Part shown: positions 27,658 through 38,183 of the stretch, piece after piece
How the letters are laid out: every line of letters starts with the position of its first letter
Position numbering within the stretch: position 1 is the stretch's first letter
DNA from: Candidatus Micrarchaeia archaeon
GTDB taxonomy: Archaea; Micrarchaeota; Micrarchaeia; CABMEP01
Assembly: GCA_038881595.1 (NCBI GenBank)
Contig: JAVZPM010000001.1
Span: 224,001 to 288,000, forward strand
DNA: 64,000 nucleotides
Direction: 5' to 3'
Position numbers and translations under genes: made by a program
The notes under the pieces: model-generated
Database searches by the model: none
The model's input: only the letters and a program-made list of their open reading frames with translations
Told to the model about the DNA's origin: nothing

Positions 27658-30600
27658 CTAAGATTTATCATTTCCTTGAATTTTCGTTTCTACGATTCTT
27701 TTTTCTTCAGGTTTAGACCACCATTTTTCAACCCATTCTTTATCTTCTTTATTTTTTTGCTGTTCAATATTAGAAATATCTATTCCTTTCTCTTTTCCAA
27801 AGTAATATTGTACCCCTACTCCTACTTCATTTAGCTTATTAAATACTTCGTTTTCATCAAGCGTTTTTAATTTTGTAGAAGGATCTACTGTTCGTTTTGT
27901 ATTATCTATTATCTCTCTCATAGGATTTTCTTTGTTTTCCTTAATATGCGCATTTATAGATTCTTCAAGTTTCCTCTCTAAACTATATAGAGTTGTATTC
28001 ATGTTATTCAATGCTTTTAAAAAATCAGAATATCGTTCTTTATCTGCAGGTGATTGTGGGCCTTGACTCGTATTTTCTACTTCATCACGTGCTTTAGTTA
28101 TTTTTTCTCGCATTTCTTTTATAGTTTGTACTGGTTGATTATTTATAATTTCTTCAGTTGTATCTGCATTTACTAATTTTTCATACCAATTTGGGAATTT
28201 TTGTATAAACTTATCTTCTTGTTCCCATTCATAAGGTTCTCGTGTAAGGTCCATTATAATTCTATCAGTTTTACTTATTCTATAAGGAACAGGAGGGATT
28301 TTTTCAATTAATCTTTTTATTTCACGTGATAATTCATCAACATTTTGCTTACCATCAGAAATCGAATTATTAACTTGCTGAGCGGTTTTTAAAGCATCAA
28401 GAGCACTGCTTGCCTTAAACACTTCTTCTCTCTCTTTGATAGCGCTAGGTCCGATGTATGCAACGTTATCTATCTTTTTCTCTTTTGCGTATTTACTCAT
28501 TTCATTTCCAAGTTTTAATGTCTCAATTTCATTATTTATCTTTTCCATCATCACTTCGTATTTTTTAATTTCATTTTCTCGCTTCCAGAGTTCATCCTTT
28601 GCTTTTTCAAGTTTTGTTTTCATTTCTTCATATCCAGGAGTACCTTTTGATAATTTATTAAATTCTCTTTGAATTTCATTTACATTTATCTTTGCTTGAT
28701 TTAAATTTTCATCTAATATCTTTTTACCGTTTGTGAAAACATTGAAAAGATTATCTTTTGTAACGTCACTCCACTTCATTTCTTTTCCTTCTATTGATTT
28801 TACAATTTCTAATAAATCTTTAGCTTCCTTTTCATTTAATGTACTTCTTATCTGTTTGGCTACAGCTTCTGTAAGTAATTCCGAATTCTTTGCATCTCTA
28901 AAATTGAGCGTCATTAATGCATTCAATTTCTCATTTCTGTCTATTATTTTATTACCTTTTTCATCTTTTATATCAATATAATCTAAATATTTTACAACAT
29001 GTCCGATCATAAAGTCATGAACTAAATAATTAAATGTCAAATATGCATCTGGATCTTTTTGAACTCTTTCTTTAATTCTTCTTAATGTTTCAGAGTCATT
29101 TTTTTCTAAAGCTTTAGTTAGTTCTGTTGGTGAGATTCCAAATGTTTTTGCAAGGTCGCTAAATTCAGCTATTTTAGCTTTTGATTCATCAATGCCATAG
29201 TTTTTATAATATGCGGGCATATCAATTTTTCCTATAAAATTATTTTTGTCAAATCCAATAAGATTTCCGTTATTTCCTATTCTATTTATTATCTTCTCTG
29301 CGTATTTTTCTTCTATGTATTTATCTAATTTATTCAGTATAATAGACAATTTCTCTTCTTTGATATTAGCGATTTCAGTTAATAAGTTTATTTTTTCTTT
29401 GATTTCCATCTTTGTGTATGGAGACAAAAATGGTGATTTCAGTTTCTTCTCTTCATACTCAATCAATTCTTTACTTATTTCTTTTGCTTTGTCCATATCT
29501 TTGCTATTTAAAATTCCTTTTAGAGAATAAATGTCTGAAATTATCGAATCTGGTGTTAATCCTAACTTTTCAGCTATTTTCCTTTTTCCAGTTTCAGTCA
29601 ATCCATATTGATCAATATCTTCACCTATTTTTAATTTCACTCCGTACACTTCTTCTCCTTTTTTCTTGATATCTTCTAGTTCTTCTTTTGTATAAATTTC
29701 TCCTGGCCTTATAATTTGAGGAATCTGTGCATAAGAAAGGGACCAGGGTCTTACGCCAAGATGTCCAAGGCTAGCAAAAAAGTTACTTAAAGTTATATTG
29801 AGTAATTGTTTAAATAAGGAAGGGGGTGTTTCGTGGAACATTCTTTCACCACCGAAAGGTCCCTTTGTAGTTTTGATCATCTCTTTTGATTTTTCCTTTT
29901 CTTTAGCTTCTGCACCCCTCCTTTGCATCTGCTTTGAAAGTTCAATCATCTTTAGTTTGTTTAGTTCTTTTGTGCCAGGGATTTTTAAAGTTCTTGAAAT
30001 AGCAAGCCAAGGCGCAGTTGCTACTTTAACAACAGTTTCAATCGTCTTTTTCCCTTCTGCTTTTTTCTCAATTTTTTTCAATTCTTTTTCAGGAATTTCA
30101 GCTCCTTTAGCCAATCCGATTTTAGCACCTGTTTTAACACTTCCATATACTGCTCCAGCTGCTATACCTGCAATAGTGGTTCTTTGTCTAGTAGTAACTC
30201 TTCTATCACCTATACCTGGCGCTTTAAATGCAACTCTTGAAAAGTCAAACAATCCAAATGGATTCTTTCCAGATGCAAACATTGCTGCGATAAGAAGAGC
30301 AAATATTATGAAAAGAGGAGCACAAGCATTCAAACTTATTAACGGAAATATTCCAGGAACATATCGTTCTGTTTTCACGCTTCCCGTAAATGGTTCTTTT
30401 GGTTTTGGTGTAAAAGAAGCAGTTATTGAATATGAGATCTTTCTAGGATCGGTTGAATTTTCTAATAATGGTGGCTGAGTGTATATTGTAAAAGAAACAG
30501 TTCCATTTTCATCAGTCTTTTGTACGAAAGGTGCTGACTCATCTGAAAGGACAAACTCACCTGCCGCATTTTTTGTTACAAATTTACTTCCAATTACCAG

Positions 30601-30840
30601 TTCTATAGTTATATTTTTGTTTGCGAGAGGTATTCTATTTTGTGTTTTTCTATCAATCGCATTAAGTTGTATATTAACATCGATTGTATTATCAGTTATA
30701 CCTACAGGTATATTTATTGGATGCCTTGAATGCTGAATTACAATTTCAGTTGGATTTTTATCTACAGGACAGATATTAGCTGTGAAAACTAGAGGAATTG
30801 TAAAGAGGAAAAGTATAATAACTAATCCATTTACTCTCAT
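27658..30840 (-). CDS. ~1060-aa single-pass membrane protein (signal peptide, beta-rich ectodomain, TM, long charged helical domain)
   Basis: N-terminal hydrophobic signal; TM PLFIIFALLIAAMF followed by SGKNPFGLFDFSR; K/E-rich remainder. Confidence 0.8.
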   Translation of the reverse strand: MRVNGLVIILFLFTIPLVFTANICPVDKNPTEIVIQHSRHPINIPVGITDNTIDVNIQLNAIDRKTQNRIPLANKNITIELVIGSKFVTKNAAGEFVLSDESAPFVQKTDENGTVSFTIYTQPPLLENSTDPRKISYSITASFTPKPKEPFTGSVKTERYVPGIFPLISLNACAPLFIIFALLIAAMFASGKNPFGLFDFSRVAFKAPGIGDRRVTTRQRTTIAGIAAGAVYGSVKTGAKIGLAKGAEIPEKELKKIEKKAEGKKTIETVVKVATAPWLAISRTLKIPGTKELNKLKMIELSKQMQRRGAEAKEKEKSKEMIKTTKGPFGGERMFHETPPSLFKQLLNITLSNFFASLGHLGVRPWSLSYAQIPQIIRPGEIYTKEELEDIKKKGEEVYGVKLKIGEDIDQYGLTETGKRKIAEKLGLTPDSIISDIYSLKGILNSKDMDKAKEISKELIEYEEKKLKSPFLSPYTKMEIKEKINLLTEIANIKEEKLSIILNKLDKYIEEKYAEKIINRIGNNGNLIGFDKNNFIGKIDMPAYYKNYGIDESKAKIAEFSDLAKTFGISPTELTKALEKNDSETLRRIKERVQKDPDAYLTFNYLVHDFMIGHVVKYLDYIDIKDEKGNKIIDRNEKLNALMTLNFRDAKNSELLTEAVAKQIRSTLNEKEAKDLLEIVKSIEGKEMKWSDVTKDNLFNVFTNGKKILDENLNQAKINVNEIQREFNKLSKGTPGYEEMKTKLEKAKDELWKRENEIKKYEVMMEKINNEIETLKLGNEMSKYAKEKKIDNVAYIGPSAIKEREEVFKASSALDALKTAQQVNNSISDGKQNVDELSREIKRLIEKIPPVPYRISKTDRIIMDLTREPYEWEQEDKFIQKFPNWYEKLVNADTTEEIINNQPVQTIKEMREKITKARDEVENTSQGPQSPADKERYSDFLKALNNMNTTLYSLERKLEESINAHIKENKENPMREIIDNTKRTVDPSTKLKTLDENEVFNKLNEVGVGVQYYFGKEKGIDISNIEQQKNKEDKEWVEKWWSKPEEKRIVETKIQGNDKS

Positions 30841-30897
30841 TTGTATCAATACATTATATAAGTTTGAATTTTAAATCTTTTTATTAATATAATATCA

Positions 30898-32523
30898 ATG
30901 AAGAAATCTAATAAATTTATAAAGTTTACTTATTCATTATTCATTCTGTTTAGCCTAATTATTTTTGTTTATGCTCAAATACAAACACAAAGCCAACAGA
31001 CATGGCAGCAGTATGTTCCTAATTGGTTTCCTTTGTTTGCAGTTGCAATCGGAATAGGATTTGGAATAACTGGACTTGCGTTCATGTTAGCAAGAACTTT
31101 TCAACTTCCACAGATGGAAACATGGGCTAGAGCAGAATTGTTTGAGGTAACTGGAAGTGCATTCTTAGTTTTAATAATACTAATAACATTAGGAGTGATT
31201 GACAATCTATTCATTGCGGCAGTAGGAATGAAGCCAACAGATCTTTCACTTGACTTTACAAATAGAATTTCAGAAAGATTAATGGATAGATATATTGATT
31301 CTGTTAAGCTAGGTGCAGCAATAGGTATGCTTTCAGGTCCACCAGTTCAATATTTAGGTGCAACATCTTCAACGTCAGATAAAAGCGGTCAGCTAAATCA
31401 AGGAAGCGGTACTCAAGCTACAGGAGGCAACGACGGCAAACCAGAGCAGTCTTCAGAGACACCAAATAGAATCTGGATGGTAGCCATTAAATCTTTTAAA
31501 ATGAATTACCTAACGTTTTATGCTGCAGATGTTTTTAACGGTCATTTTAACTTAGTTCAATCTATAGCCTTAACTTCTTTAGCAGCATCTATATTTTCTC
31601 ATATATTATTGAATTTTATAAATAGTGTTGCAATTCCATTTTTAATTCCATTTGGATTGTTTTTGAGTATATTTACATTGACAAGGAAAATGGGGAGAAC
31701 TATAATTGCATTTGGTGTTGGGCTCTATCTCTTTGTTCCTCTTTCAATAATAATTGCTCAAACAATGTATGATTCTGTATTTAAGCCAAATTCTTCAATT
31801 CCTCCTATTAGTAGACCTTCAGGAAATTCAAATATAGATAGATTTACAAATGAAGTATTTGCTTATGAAGCTTTAGATCTACTTTCTCAGCTAGCAATTG
31901 CTCAATATGCGATTTTACGTAATTCAGATACTTCTTTAATACCAAGCTGTGCAGCTGGAGCCACTTCTCTTTCTTCAATATGTGGAATAGCTGCTCCAGC
32001 TTGCGTTCCAATATTTACTATAGTATGTTATGTGCTTGGTGGTATGTCTGATGTAGGTAGTGGAATGGATAACTTAAACACCATCCAAGATGTTTTATCC
32101 GTTTTGAGAGTTGCTACTTTAAGCACAATTCTTGATGTTCCTGTTTCAGATCAATTAAATTCAGCAGTTGCAACCATTGTAAGTTTAGGGGTGGCAGGTG
32201 TTGCATCTACATTTATATTTCATTTAATTCCATCTAATGTGATGTCTATAAATTATATTATGCCATTACTGCAACAATTAATGAACTTTGGACAGTATGA
32301 AGTATCTGTTTTGACAGCTTCTCTATATGCAAACATGAATCAATACTTAGCAATCAAGTTAACAAATATTACACTTGCATATACTCCATATGTAATGCAA
32401 GATGCAGTTCCTGCATTACTCATCCCGTTCATAATCATCTTTACAGTTATAACTGGTATAAGGTCAATCTCTCCAGCTATTGGAGGGGAAGTTCAAATAC
32501 TGGGAGTCTCAGAACTTATATGA
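30898..32523 (+). CDS. CedA/VirB6-like polytopic membrane protein, paralog 1
   Basis: Shared blocks WARAELFEV, IPFGLFLSIFTLTRKMGRTIIAFGVGLY..P and IRSISPAIGGEVQILGVSELI; family assignment inferred. Confidence 0.6.
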   Translation: MKKSNKFIKFTYSLFILFSLIIFVYAQIQTQSQQTWQQYVPNWFPLFAVAIGIGFGITGLAFMLARTFQLPQMETWARAELFEVTGSAFLVLIILITLGVIDNLFIAAVGMKPTDLSLDFTNRISERLMDRYIDSVKLGAAIGMLSGPPVQYLGATSSTSDKSGQLNQGSGTQATGGNDGKPEQSSETPNRIWMVAIKSFKMNYLTFYAADVFNGHFNLVQSIALTSLAASIFSHILLNFINSVAIPFLIPFGLFLSIFTLTRKMGRTIIAFGVGLYLFVPLSIIIAQTMYDSVFKPNSSIPPISRPSGNSNIDRFTNEVFAYEALDLLSQLAIAQYAILRNSDTSLIPSCAAGATSLSSICGIAAPACVPIFTIVCYVLGGMSDVGSGMDNLNTIQDVLSVLRVATLSTILDVPVSDQLNSAVATIVSLGVAGVASTFIFHLIPSNVMSINYIMPLLQQLMNFGQYEVSVLTASLYANMNQYLAIKLTNITLAYTPYVMQDAVPALLIPFIIIFTVITGIRSISPAIGGEVQILGVSELI

Positions 32524-32545
32524 AACAATTAAGGAGAGTCAGATC

Positions 32546-33418
32546 ATGGGATTTAGTGATATACCGACATGTTTAAGCACTTGCACATTATCATCAGAGT
32601 ATTCAAACTGGCTTCCTTTAGCGAGTATGATAATATTCATAGTTCTACTTGGAATATCTATAGGCTTTATGATATCTAGGTTTCTAAATAGACGCGATTG
32701 GGAAGCAATGATAAGATTAGAATTATACCATCTATCAGTTGCAGTTATTTGGATCGGATTAATCGCAATAGTTGCTAACATTACATGCTCGTTATCTTGC
32801 TCAATAACTAAAGACGAGAGTCCGTTCACTTCTTCAATTAATTATCTTAACACAATTAATTCAAAATTGAGTAGTATTATAAATTCCTTGTATGAGAAAG
32901 CAAAGAATATAAGAATAGAAACAGCATATTATGATGCATTTGCCAATTTCATGTATTCGCCAAAGGCAGGTTGTGATAATGTTGCATCAGTGTATGAGAA
33001 TTTTTCATTCATGTTATCTCCATTCGTTGCCAGTCTTTTGATTCAGCAGTATGCTTTAATTTTTATAAGCCAGATTGCATTCACATATCTACTTCCTATC
33101 GGAATAATTCTTCGCTTGATTCCAGGGTTTAAAGATGCTTCTTCATATGTTATTGCTATTGCCTTTTCATTTTATATTATCCTGCCTTTAACTTATATTT
33201 TCGCGCAAAAGGCAACCGAAGGAATTTCACTATCTACTATTGATACAGATGCAAATGATTGCGTCTCTGCTAATGAAATTCAGACCATATTAACTGATGT
33301 TGGATTGATTTTGCCTCAGGCAGTATTCTTCCCTGCTTTAAGTAGCATTATTACAATTGGTGCAGCAAGAGCGCTTGCAGAGATATTTAAGTATGATTTC
33401 ATTGAACTAAGGGGATAA
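32546..33418 (+). CDS. CedA/VirB6-like polytopic membrane protein, paralog 2
   Basis: AAGGAG before ATG 32546; MIRLELYHL, LLPIGIILRLIPGFKDASSYVIAIAFSFY..P, FPAL...ARALAE. Confidence 0.6.
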   Translation: MGFSDIPTCLSTCTLSSEYSNWLPLASMIIFIVLLGISIGFMISRFLNRRDWEAMIRLELYHLSVAVIWIGLIAIVANITCSLSCSITKDESPFTSSINYLNTINSKLSSIINSLYEKAKNIRIETAYYDAFANFMYSPKAGCDNVASVYENFSFMLSPFVASLLIQQYALIFISQIAFTYLLPIGIILRLIPGFKDASSYVIAIAFSFYIILPLTYIFAQKATEGISLSTIDTDANDCVSANEIQTILTDVGLILPQAVFFPALSSIITIGAARALAEIFKYDFIELRG

Positions 33419-33419
33419 A

Positions 33420-34604
33420 TTGGATCTAGACAAGATAATTAATAAAGGCACATGCGATAGAAAGATAGCTATGGTAGTGTATGTTCTATTTTTATTTGTC
33501 TCATTTTCATTTGCAGCTCAAGATGTTTTTGGTTTTCATACAGATGTTGACTGGATTCTAATCGCATATTTAGTTATACTTATTGTTGCGCTACTATTAG
33601 GAATCGCATTTATGATATCAAAAGTATTTGCAATGCATGAGTTAGAAGCATGGACAAGAGAAGAAGCAATGAATCTTATTATGTCAATTGCAATTCTTGT
33701 TTTATTTACTGCTTTTATTGGTGTAGCTGAACAAATAGCAAATTCTTTATCTAAAGATATTCTTTCTTCAAGCGTTTCTGCAAGTGCTTCAGGTAATATA
33801 AGTTATTGGCAATACATACCAAATGAAGGCAGATGGAAAACAATAGAAACTTCCAATCCATCTTGTGAATACCCATGTTACATGTATATGGCAAGAGGCT
33901 TCTTAGGTTCTTTGTATGAAAAATATGGAGAATCTTTAAAGGGTATCGCGCAATACTATTTTGTTTCAGTTTTTTATTCCACCCAATCTGTGGGGTCTGG
34001 TGTTGATTTTACTTGGGGTAAATTTAAATTTGAATTTGGAATGGGATTTCCATTAAATGCAGGTTTAACTATCTATAACAATATACTAGCAACAGTAGTA
34101 AGCGAGTATTTGAAAATAATCACAGCTATAAAAATGCAGGAAATTGCTTTAGTTTATCTTTCATCTCTTGCAGGCATGTTCTTCATACTTGGGATAATAT
34201 CACGTTCAGTTTGGTTTTTAAGAAAATTCGGCGGTCTGTTTGTAGCTGCAGGCATAGGTTTATACTTAATATTTCCAATGGTTTATGTTTTAAGTTGGTA
34301 CACGATTGACAGATCTGTAGTGATGTTCGAAGTGGATCTTCCAGAACCAGCAGCTTCGGATGATCTGCTTTCATTCTTTACCGGTGGAATTGGAGGTTTA
34401 GGAAATGTTGATTTGTTATTTACAAAATATAATGAGAATGGATCTGTAATTTCAATCGGAATGTTAGATGCATTAGGAAGGTCATACATCCCAATAATAG
34501 TAGTGCCAATCCTTGCGATTTTTACCACTCTTGGATTTATAAGACATTTCTCACCAATGATTGGTGGAGATCCTGAAATAGCAGGTCTTACAAGAATTAT
34601 TTAA
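33420..34604 (+). CDS. CedA/VirB6-like polytopic membrane protein, paralog 3
   Basis: AWTREEAMNL, GIISRSVWFLRKFGGLFVAAGIGLYLIFP, IRHFSPMIGGDPEIAGLTRII. Confidence 0.6.
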   Translation: MDLDKIINKGTCDRKIAMVVYVLFLFVSFSFAAQDVFGFHTDVDWILIAYLVILIVALLLGIAFMISKVFAMHELEAWTREEAMNLIMSIAILVLFTAFIGVAEQIANSLSKDILSSSVSASASGNISYWQYIPNEGRWKTIETSNPSCEYPCYMYMARGFLGSLYEKYGESLKGIAQYYFVSVFYSTQSVGSGVDFTWGKFKFEFGMGFPLNAGLTIYNNILATVVSEYLKIITAIKMQEIALVYLSSLAGMFFILGIISRSVWFLRKFGGLFVAAGIGLYLIFPMVYVLSWYTIDRSVVMFEVDLPEPAASDDLLSFFTGGIGGLGNVDLLFTKYNENGSVISIGMLDALGRSYIPIIVVPILAIFTTLGFIRHFSPMIGGDPEIAGLTRII

Positions 34605-34617
34605 GCATATGAATTAA

Positions 34618-35763
34618 GTGGATATTATGATGTTTAGTTTAAGTGAGTTTATGAAAAATAATAAAACAAAGAAAAATGCAAATTCGATATTAGATCTATT
34701 TTCAAAAAGTTTAATTATGTTTTTCATCTTAATTTCAATATCCTTTGCTGCAACAGAATGTGGTTACTTTGGAACATATCTTTACAATAATGTTTGTGTT
34801 CCTGACCTATTAGTTAATTTAAGTACAATACTAATTTTAATCGGAATCGTAATAGGCTCAATATTTTATGGACTGGGCATTGCATTAGAGCATACAAGAA
34901 TTAAAGAATGGTCTAAAGAGTTTCTTTATCAAATGCTTGGTACAGCAGTAATTCTTTCTGTTTATCTAGGTCTCGTAGCTTCTTTAAACAGTTTTGCACC
35001 TGCAATTTATAATTCAAATCTAGCATATCCGGCTGAAAGCACTGTTCGTTCTCTTTCAGATACTAAATGGATAAACGTGCAATCACATGCTGAAAAATAT
35101 GTAGATTGCCTTTTAAATTACACAAAAAACGCAACACTGGAAATAGTGGGGATTTCCTCCTCTTTATCTTCATTAGCATCTACTTCTATTCAATTAATTT
35201 CTGGTTCCTTCAGTAACTTTTATCCAATATTTCCAACTGGAGGGGGTCTGACTTCTATAATGTCGGTTCTAATAGGGGCGCTTGCAACAACCATTATTCA
35301 GCTTAAACTCCAACTTGAAATACTAAAATTGAATTCTGCATTGTTTAGTATTGTGCTTCCACTTGGATTGATATTAAGATCATTTCCATATACAAGAGGG
35401 GCTGGAGCAGCAATGATAGCAATAACATTTGGATTTACGATCTTTCTACCTATATTTTATTTGATCATAGAGGACATAGGTTATCATTTTTATCAAAAAG
35501 ATGTATGTTCAATACATCCACCATCGATAGGATTTTTCCAGCTGGTAGGCATGGGAATAAAAATAGCGCAAAATGGAGCAATTGAAACGCTTCAAGATTA
35601 CTTTGGAGTCGGAGGAGATTTTGAAAGCCTGACAACAGTTTTATTAATACAAGCTACTATTCTTCCATTTGTAGCTTATTTAGTAGTTCTTAATATAATT
35701 AAGCGGCTTGCAGAGGTGCTAGGTGGGGAGATAGATCTCAGCACATTGGTGAGATTGATATGA
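34618..35763 (+). CDS. CedA/VirB6-like polytopic membrane protein, paralog 4
   Basis: EWSKEFLYQM, LPLGLILRSFPYTRGAGAAMIAITFG...P, RLAEVLGGEIDLSTLVRLI; start uncertain (34618/34627/34651). Confidence 0.6.
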   Translation: MDIMMFSLSEFMKNNKTKKNANSILDLFSKSLIMFFILISISFAATECGYFGTYLYNNVCVPDLLVNLSTILILIGIVIGSIFYGLGIALEHTRIKEWSKEFLYQMLGTAVILSVYLGLVASLNSFAPAIYNSNLAYPAESTVRSLSDTKWINVQSHAEKYVDCLLNYTKNATLEIVGISSSLSSLASTSIQLISGSFSNFYPIFPTGGGLTSIMSVLIGALATTIIQLKLQLEILKLNSALFSIVLPLGLILRSFPYTRGAGAAMIAITFGFTIFLPIFYLIIEDIGYHFYQKDVCSIHPPSIGFFQLVGMGIKIAQNGAIETLQDYFGVGGDFESLTTVLLIQATILPFVAYLVVLNIIKRLAEVLGGEIDLSTLVRLI

Positions 35764-36896
35764 AAAAGAGATTCGTTCATGTATTGCATTTAGCTTTGCT
35801 GCTTCTAATTATTCTATTTAATCCTGTGCATGCTCAAACAAATACTAATCAAGACAATGTGCCAAATGGTTGTGAAGTTGCGTTGCTTTTGGATTTTGGA
35901 AATCAAAGCAACAGTGCTATAGGCGTAGAACAGAATTGGAAATCTTTGTCCTTTATTGGATTATTAGTTTCTTTATTCCTGTTAATTTTTGCATATTTAA
36001 TAGGTAAATCTTTAGATTCCCCACAACTTATAGCTAGAGCTAAGACAGATATGATTCAGGTGGTTGTGACTGCAATAATGCTTGGAGTTCTTTATTCAAT
36101 CTTATTCTTTATTTGCAGTATTGATGCGTCTCAATTTGGATTTAACTTTACTTCATTTTTTGATGGAGCAAGAATGTATCTTGAATATTCGAGGGCCTCA
36201 GCACTCAATGCATATCTTAAATGTACAAATGCAATGATGATCATAACTGGATTATCTACATTCAATATAAACAATCCAAACTTTATAGACTTGGGTGCAT
36301 TTCTACATATAGGGGTTTACTTTAAACCTTTTGCAGGTTATGGAATTACAATAGGTGCTCTTAACTGGTTCTCCAGTCTGGTTCAACTTTCATATTCATT
36401 AATTACTGGATATATTGTGGTTCTAAATGCGATTCAATTATATTTCCTTAATCTACTTCTTCCAGCAGGAGTAGTATTGAGGTGTTTTTCACCAACAAGA
36501 GATTTAGGCGGTGTCCTGATTGCAATAAGTGTAGGTTTATTCTTTTTCTATCCTTTACTGTTTTCATTTTCATACATGATTATAGGTCAACCAGATCCAA
36601 ATGTAGGATTGCCAGACATGGATTGGGAGAGTGAGATAAATAGTGCTGTAGTTAAATCTGTAGCACTATCGTCAGCTCCTTTCGGTAGTCTTATAATTAT
36701 CTATAATTCATTGTTCGGCAAAGGCGGAGAAGCCATAGATAGATTAAATGAGGCATATATCGCGACAGGCAGTGTGATTTTATATGTTTTTATATTACCT
36801 GCAATTAATTGGATTATCTTAGTAGCAATTGTCAGAGAATTAAGCAAGGCATTAGGCCAGGAAGTAGATATATCTGGTTTGGCAAGAATGATCTGA
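35760..36896 (+). CDS. CedA/VirB6-like polytopic membrane protein, paralog 5
   Basis: ATGA overlap with paralog 4; RAKTDMIQV, LPAGVVLRCFSPTRDLGGVLIAISVGLF..YP, RELSKALGQEVDISGLARMI. Confidence 0.6.
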   Translation: MKKRFVHVLHLALLLLIILFNPVHAQTNTNQDNVPNGCEVALLLDFGNQSNSAIGVEQNWKSLSFIGLLVSLFLLIFAYLIGKSLDSPQLIARAKTDMIQVVVTAIMLGVLYSILFFICSIDASQFGFNFTSFFDGARMYLEYSRASALNAYLKCTNAMMIITGLSTFNINNPNFIDLGAFLHIGVYFKPFAGYGITIGALNWFSSLVQLSYSLITGYIVVLNAIQLYFLNLLLPAGVVLRCFSPTRDLGGVLIAISVGLFFFYPLLFSFSYMIIGQPDPNVGLPDMDWESEINSAVVKSVALSSAPFGSLIIIYNSLFGKGGEAIDRLNEAYIATGSVILYVFILPAINWIILVAIVRELSKALGQEVDISGLARMI

Positions 36897-36910
36897 AAGA
36901 CGGTGAAATT

Positions 36911-38161
36911 ATGTTTGTAAATCCGCAAAAAAGTAAAATAAAATCAAATATTCATTCATTATTTCTACAGATAATACTATTTTTATTTATTTTAAATCAA
37001 GTGAGTGCACTTTCATGCAGCGTTACAGATCAAAATTGCCCAAGCGGACAGATATGTGATAATGGAGAATGCAGGGAATGCCTTACAAGTGCAGAATGCT
37101 GGAGCAAAACTCTAATTAGATCCACTCCAATAGGAGGGATTTCACCTTGGGTTAGTATATCTGTTATAGTTTTACTTATATCGCTCCTAGGTGTTGCAAT
37201 ATTTTATATGATAGCTTACGCATTCCAATCTGATCAGTACAAAAGAATTGCATTCGCTGAACTGATGCAAGTATTGGCTTCATTTCTATTAATTGCTTTC
37301 TTATTCGGATTTGAAATATTTGAAACAGATATGTTAACGAGATTGGAAAAAACTTCTGGAGCGATTACATCTGCATTAGTTCTTCAATCCCAAGGAGCAT
37401 CTCCTAATATCGCACTTTCTGGAAATGTTTATATTAATCCATTTGATGTTTCATATGCATTTCTTAGAAATATGATAACTTGCGTTCAAAACAAATTAAA
37501 GACAACATATGAGAATTCAAAAGCAATACAAACAATAATTAATTTAAATATAGACGTACAAGTGATTACACCTGGAAAGGTGAAATTTTCAGTTCCAAAC
37601 CCTCTTGCTTTTACATCTCTATCAGAAACTGCAGCAAAGTACGAATTTCAAGCAAGTGAACTTACTTGGCTTATGATATTCCTTTACGCCCAGATAGCAG
37701 TTCTGAAATTTATAGAAACATCTATGTTTACAGTCTTTTTGCCAATAGGGTTAATACTTAGAGCATTTCCACCTACTAGAGGAGCAGGGGCTGTGCTAGT
37801 TGCGATAGCAATAGGATTTTATCTAATCTATCCTTTGACATTCACTTTATTATATACTGGAACACCTAAGCAGATAGAAGGATGCAATCTTCAAGTTGCA
37901 TTCGATTACTCTCAATTGGAAAAGACATGTCCATTAAACATTGGTGCAACCACTCAGATAATTTCTTCTGCATCTGATCTTGCTGCAACATTAGACGCAG
38001 CTGTACCGCAATTACAGGCAGGGACATCTTCTATTAGATTCACCGCATTCTTGTATATGCTTATTTCATTAGGTGTCACATTTATATTTGTCCGTTCATT
38101 GTCAAGCATATTAGGTGCAGATATTTCAGAGATAGGAAGAACAATGTTAAGATTATTATAA
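36911..38161 (+). CDS. CedA/VirB6-like polytopic membrane protein, paralog 6, with N-terminal Cys-rich module
   Basis: GGTGA before ATG 36911; CPSGQICDNGEC; IAFAELMQV; LPIGLILRAFPPTRGAGAVLVAIAIGFYLIYP; RSLSSILGADIS. Confidence 0.6.
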   Translation: MFVNPQKSKIKSNIHSLFLQIILFLFILNQVSALSCSVTDQNCPSGQICDNGECRECLTSAECWSKTLIRSTPIGGISPWVSISVIVLLISLLGVAIFYMIAYAFQSDQYKRIAFAELMQVLASFLLIAFLFGFEIFETDMLTRLEKTSGAITSALVLQSQGASPNIALSGNVYINPFDVSYAFLRNMITCVQNKLKTTYENSKAIQTIINLNIDVQVITPGKVKFSVPNPLAFTSLSETAAKYEFQASELTWLMIFLYAQIAVLKFIETSMFTVFLPIGLILRAFPPTRGAGAVLVAIAIGFYLIYPLTFTLLYTGTPKQIEGCNLQVAFDYSQLEKTCPLNIGATTQIISSASDLAATLDAAVPQLQAGTSSIRFTAFLYMLISLGVTFIFVRSLSSILGADISEIGRTMLRLL

Positions 38162-38183
38162 ATTACTATATTGGAGTGATAAT

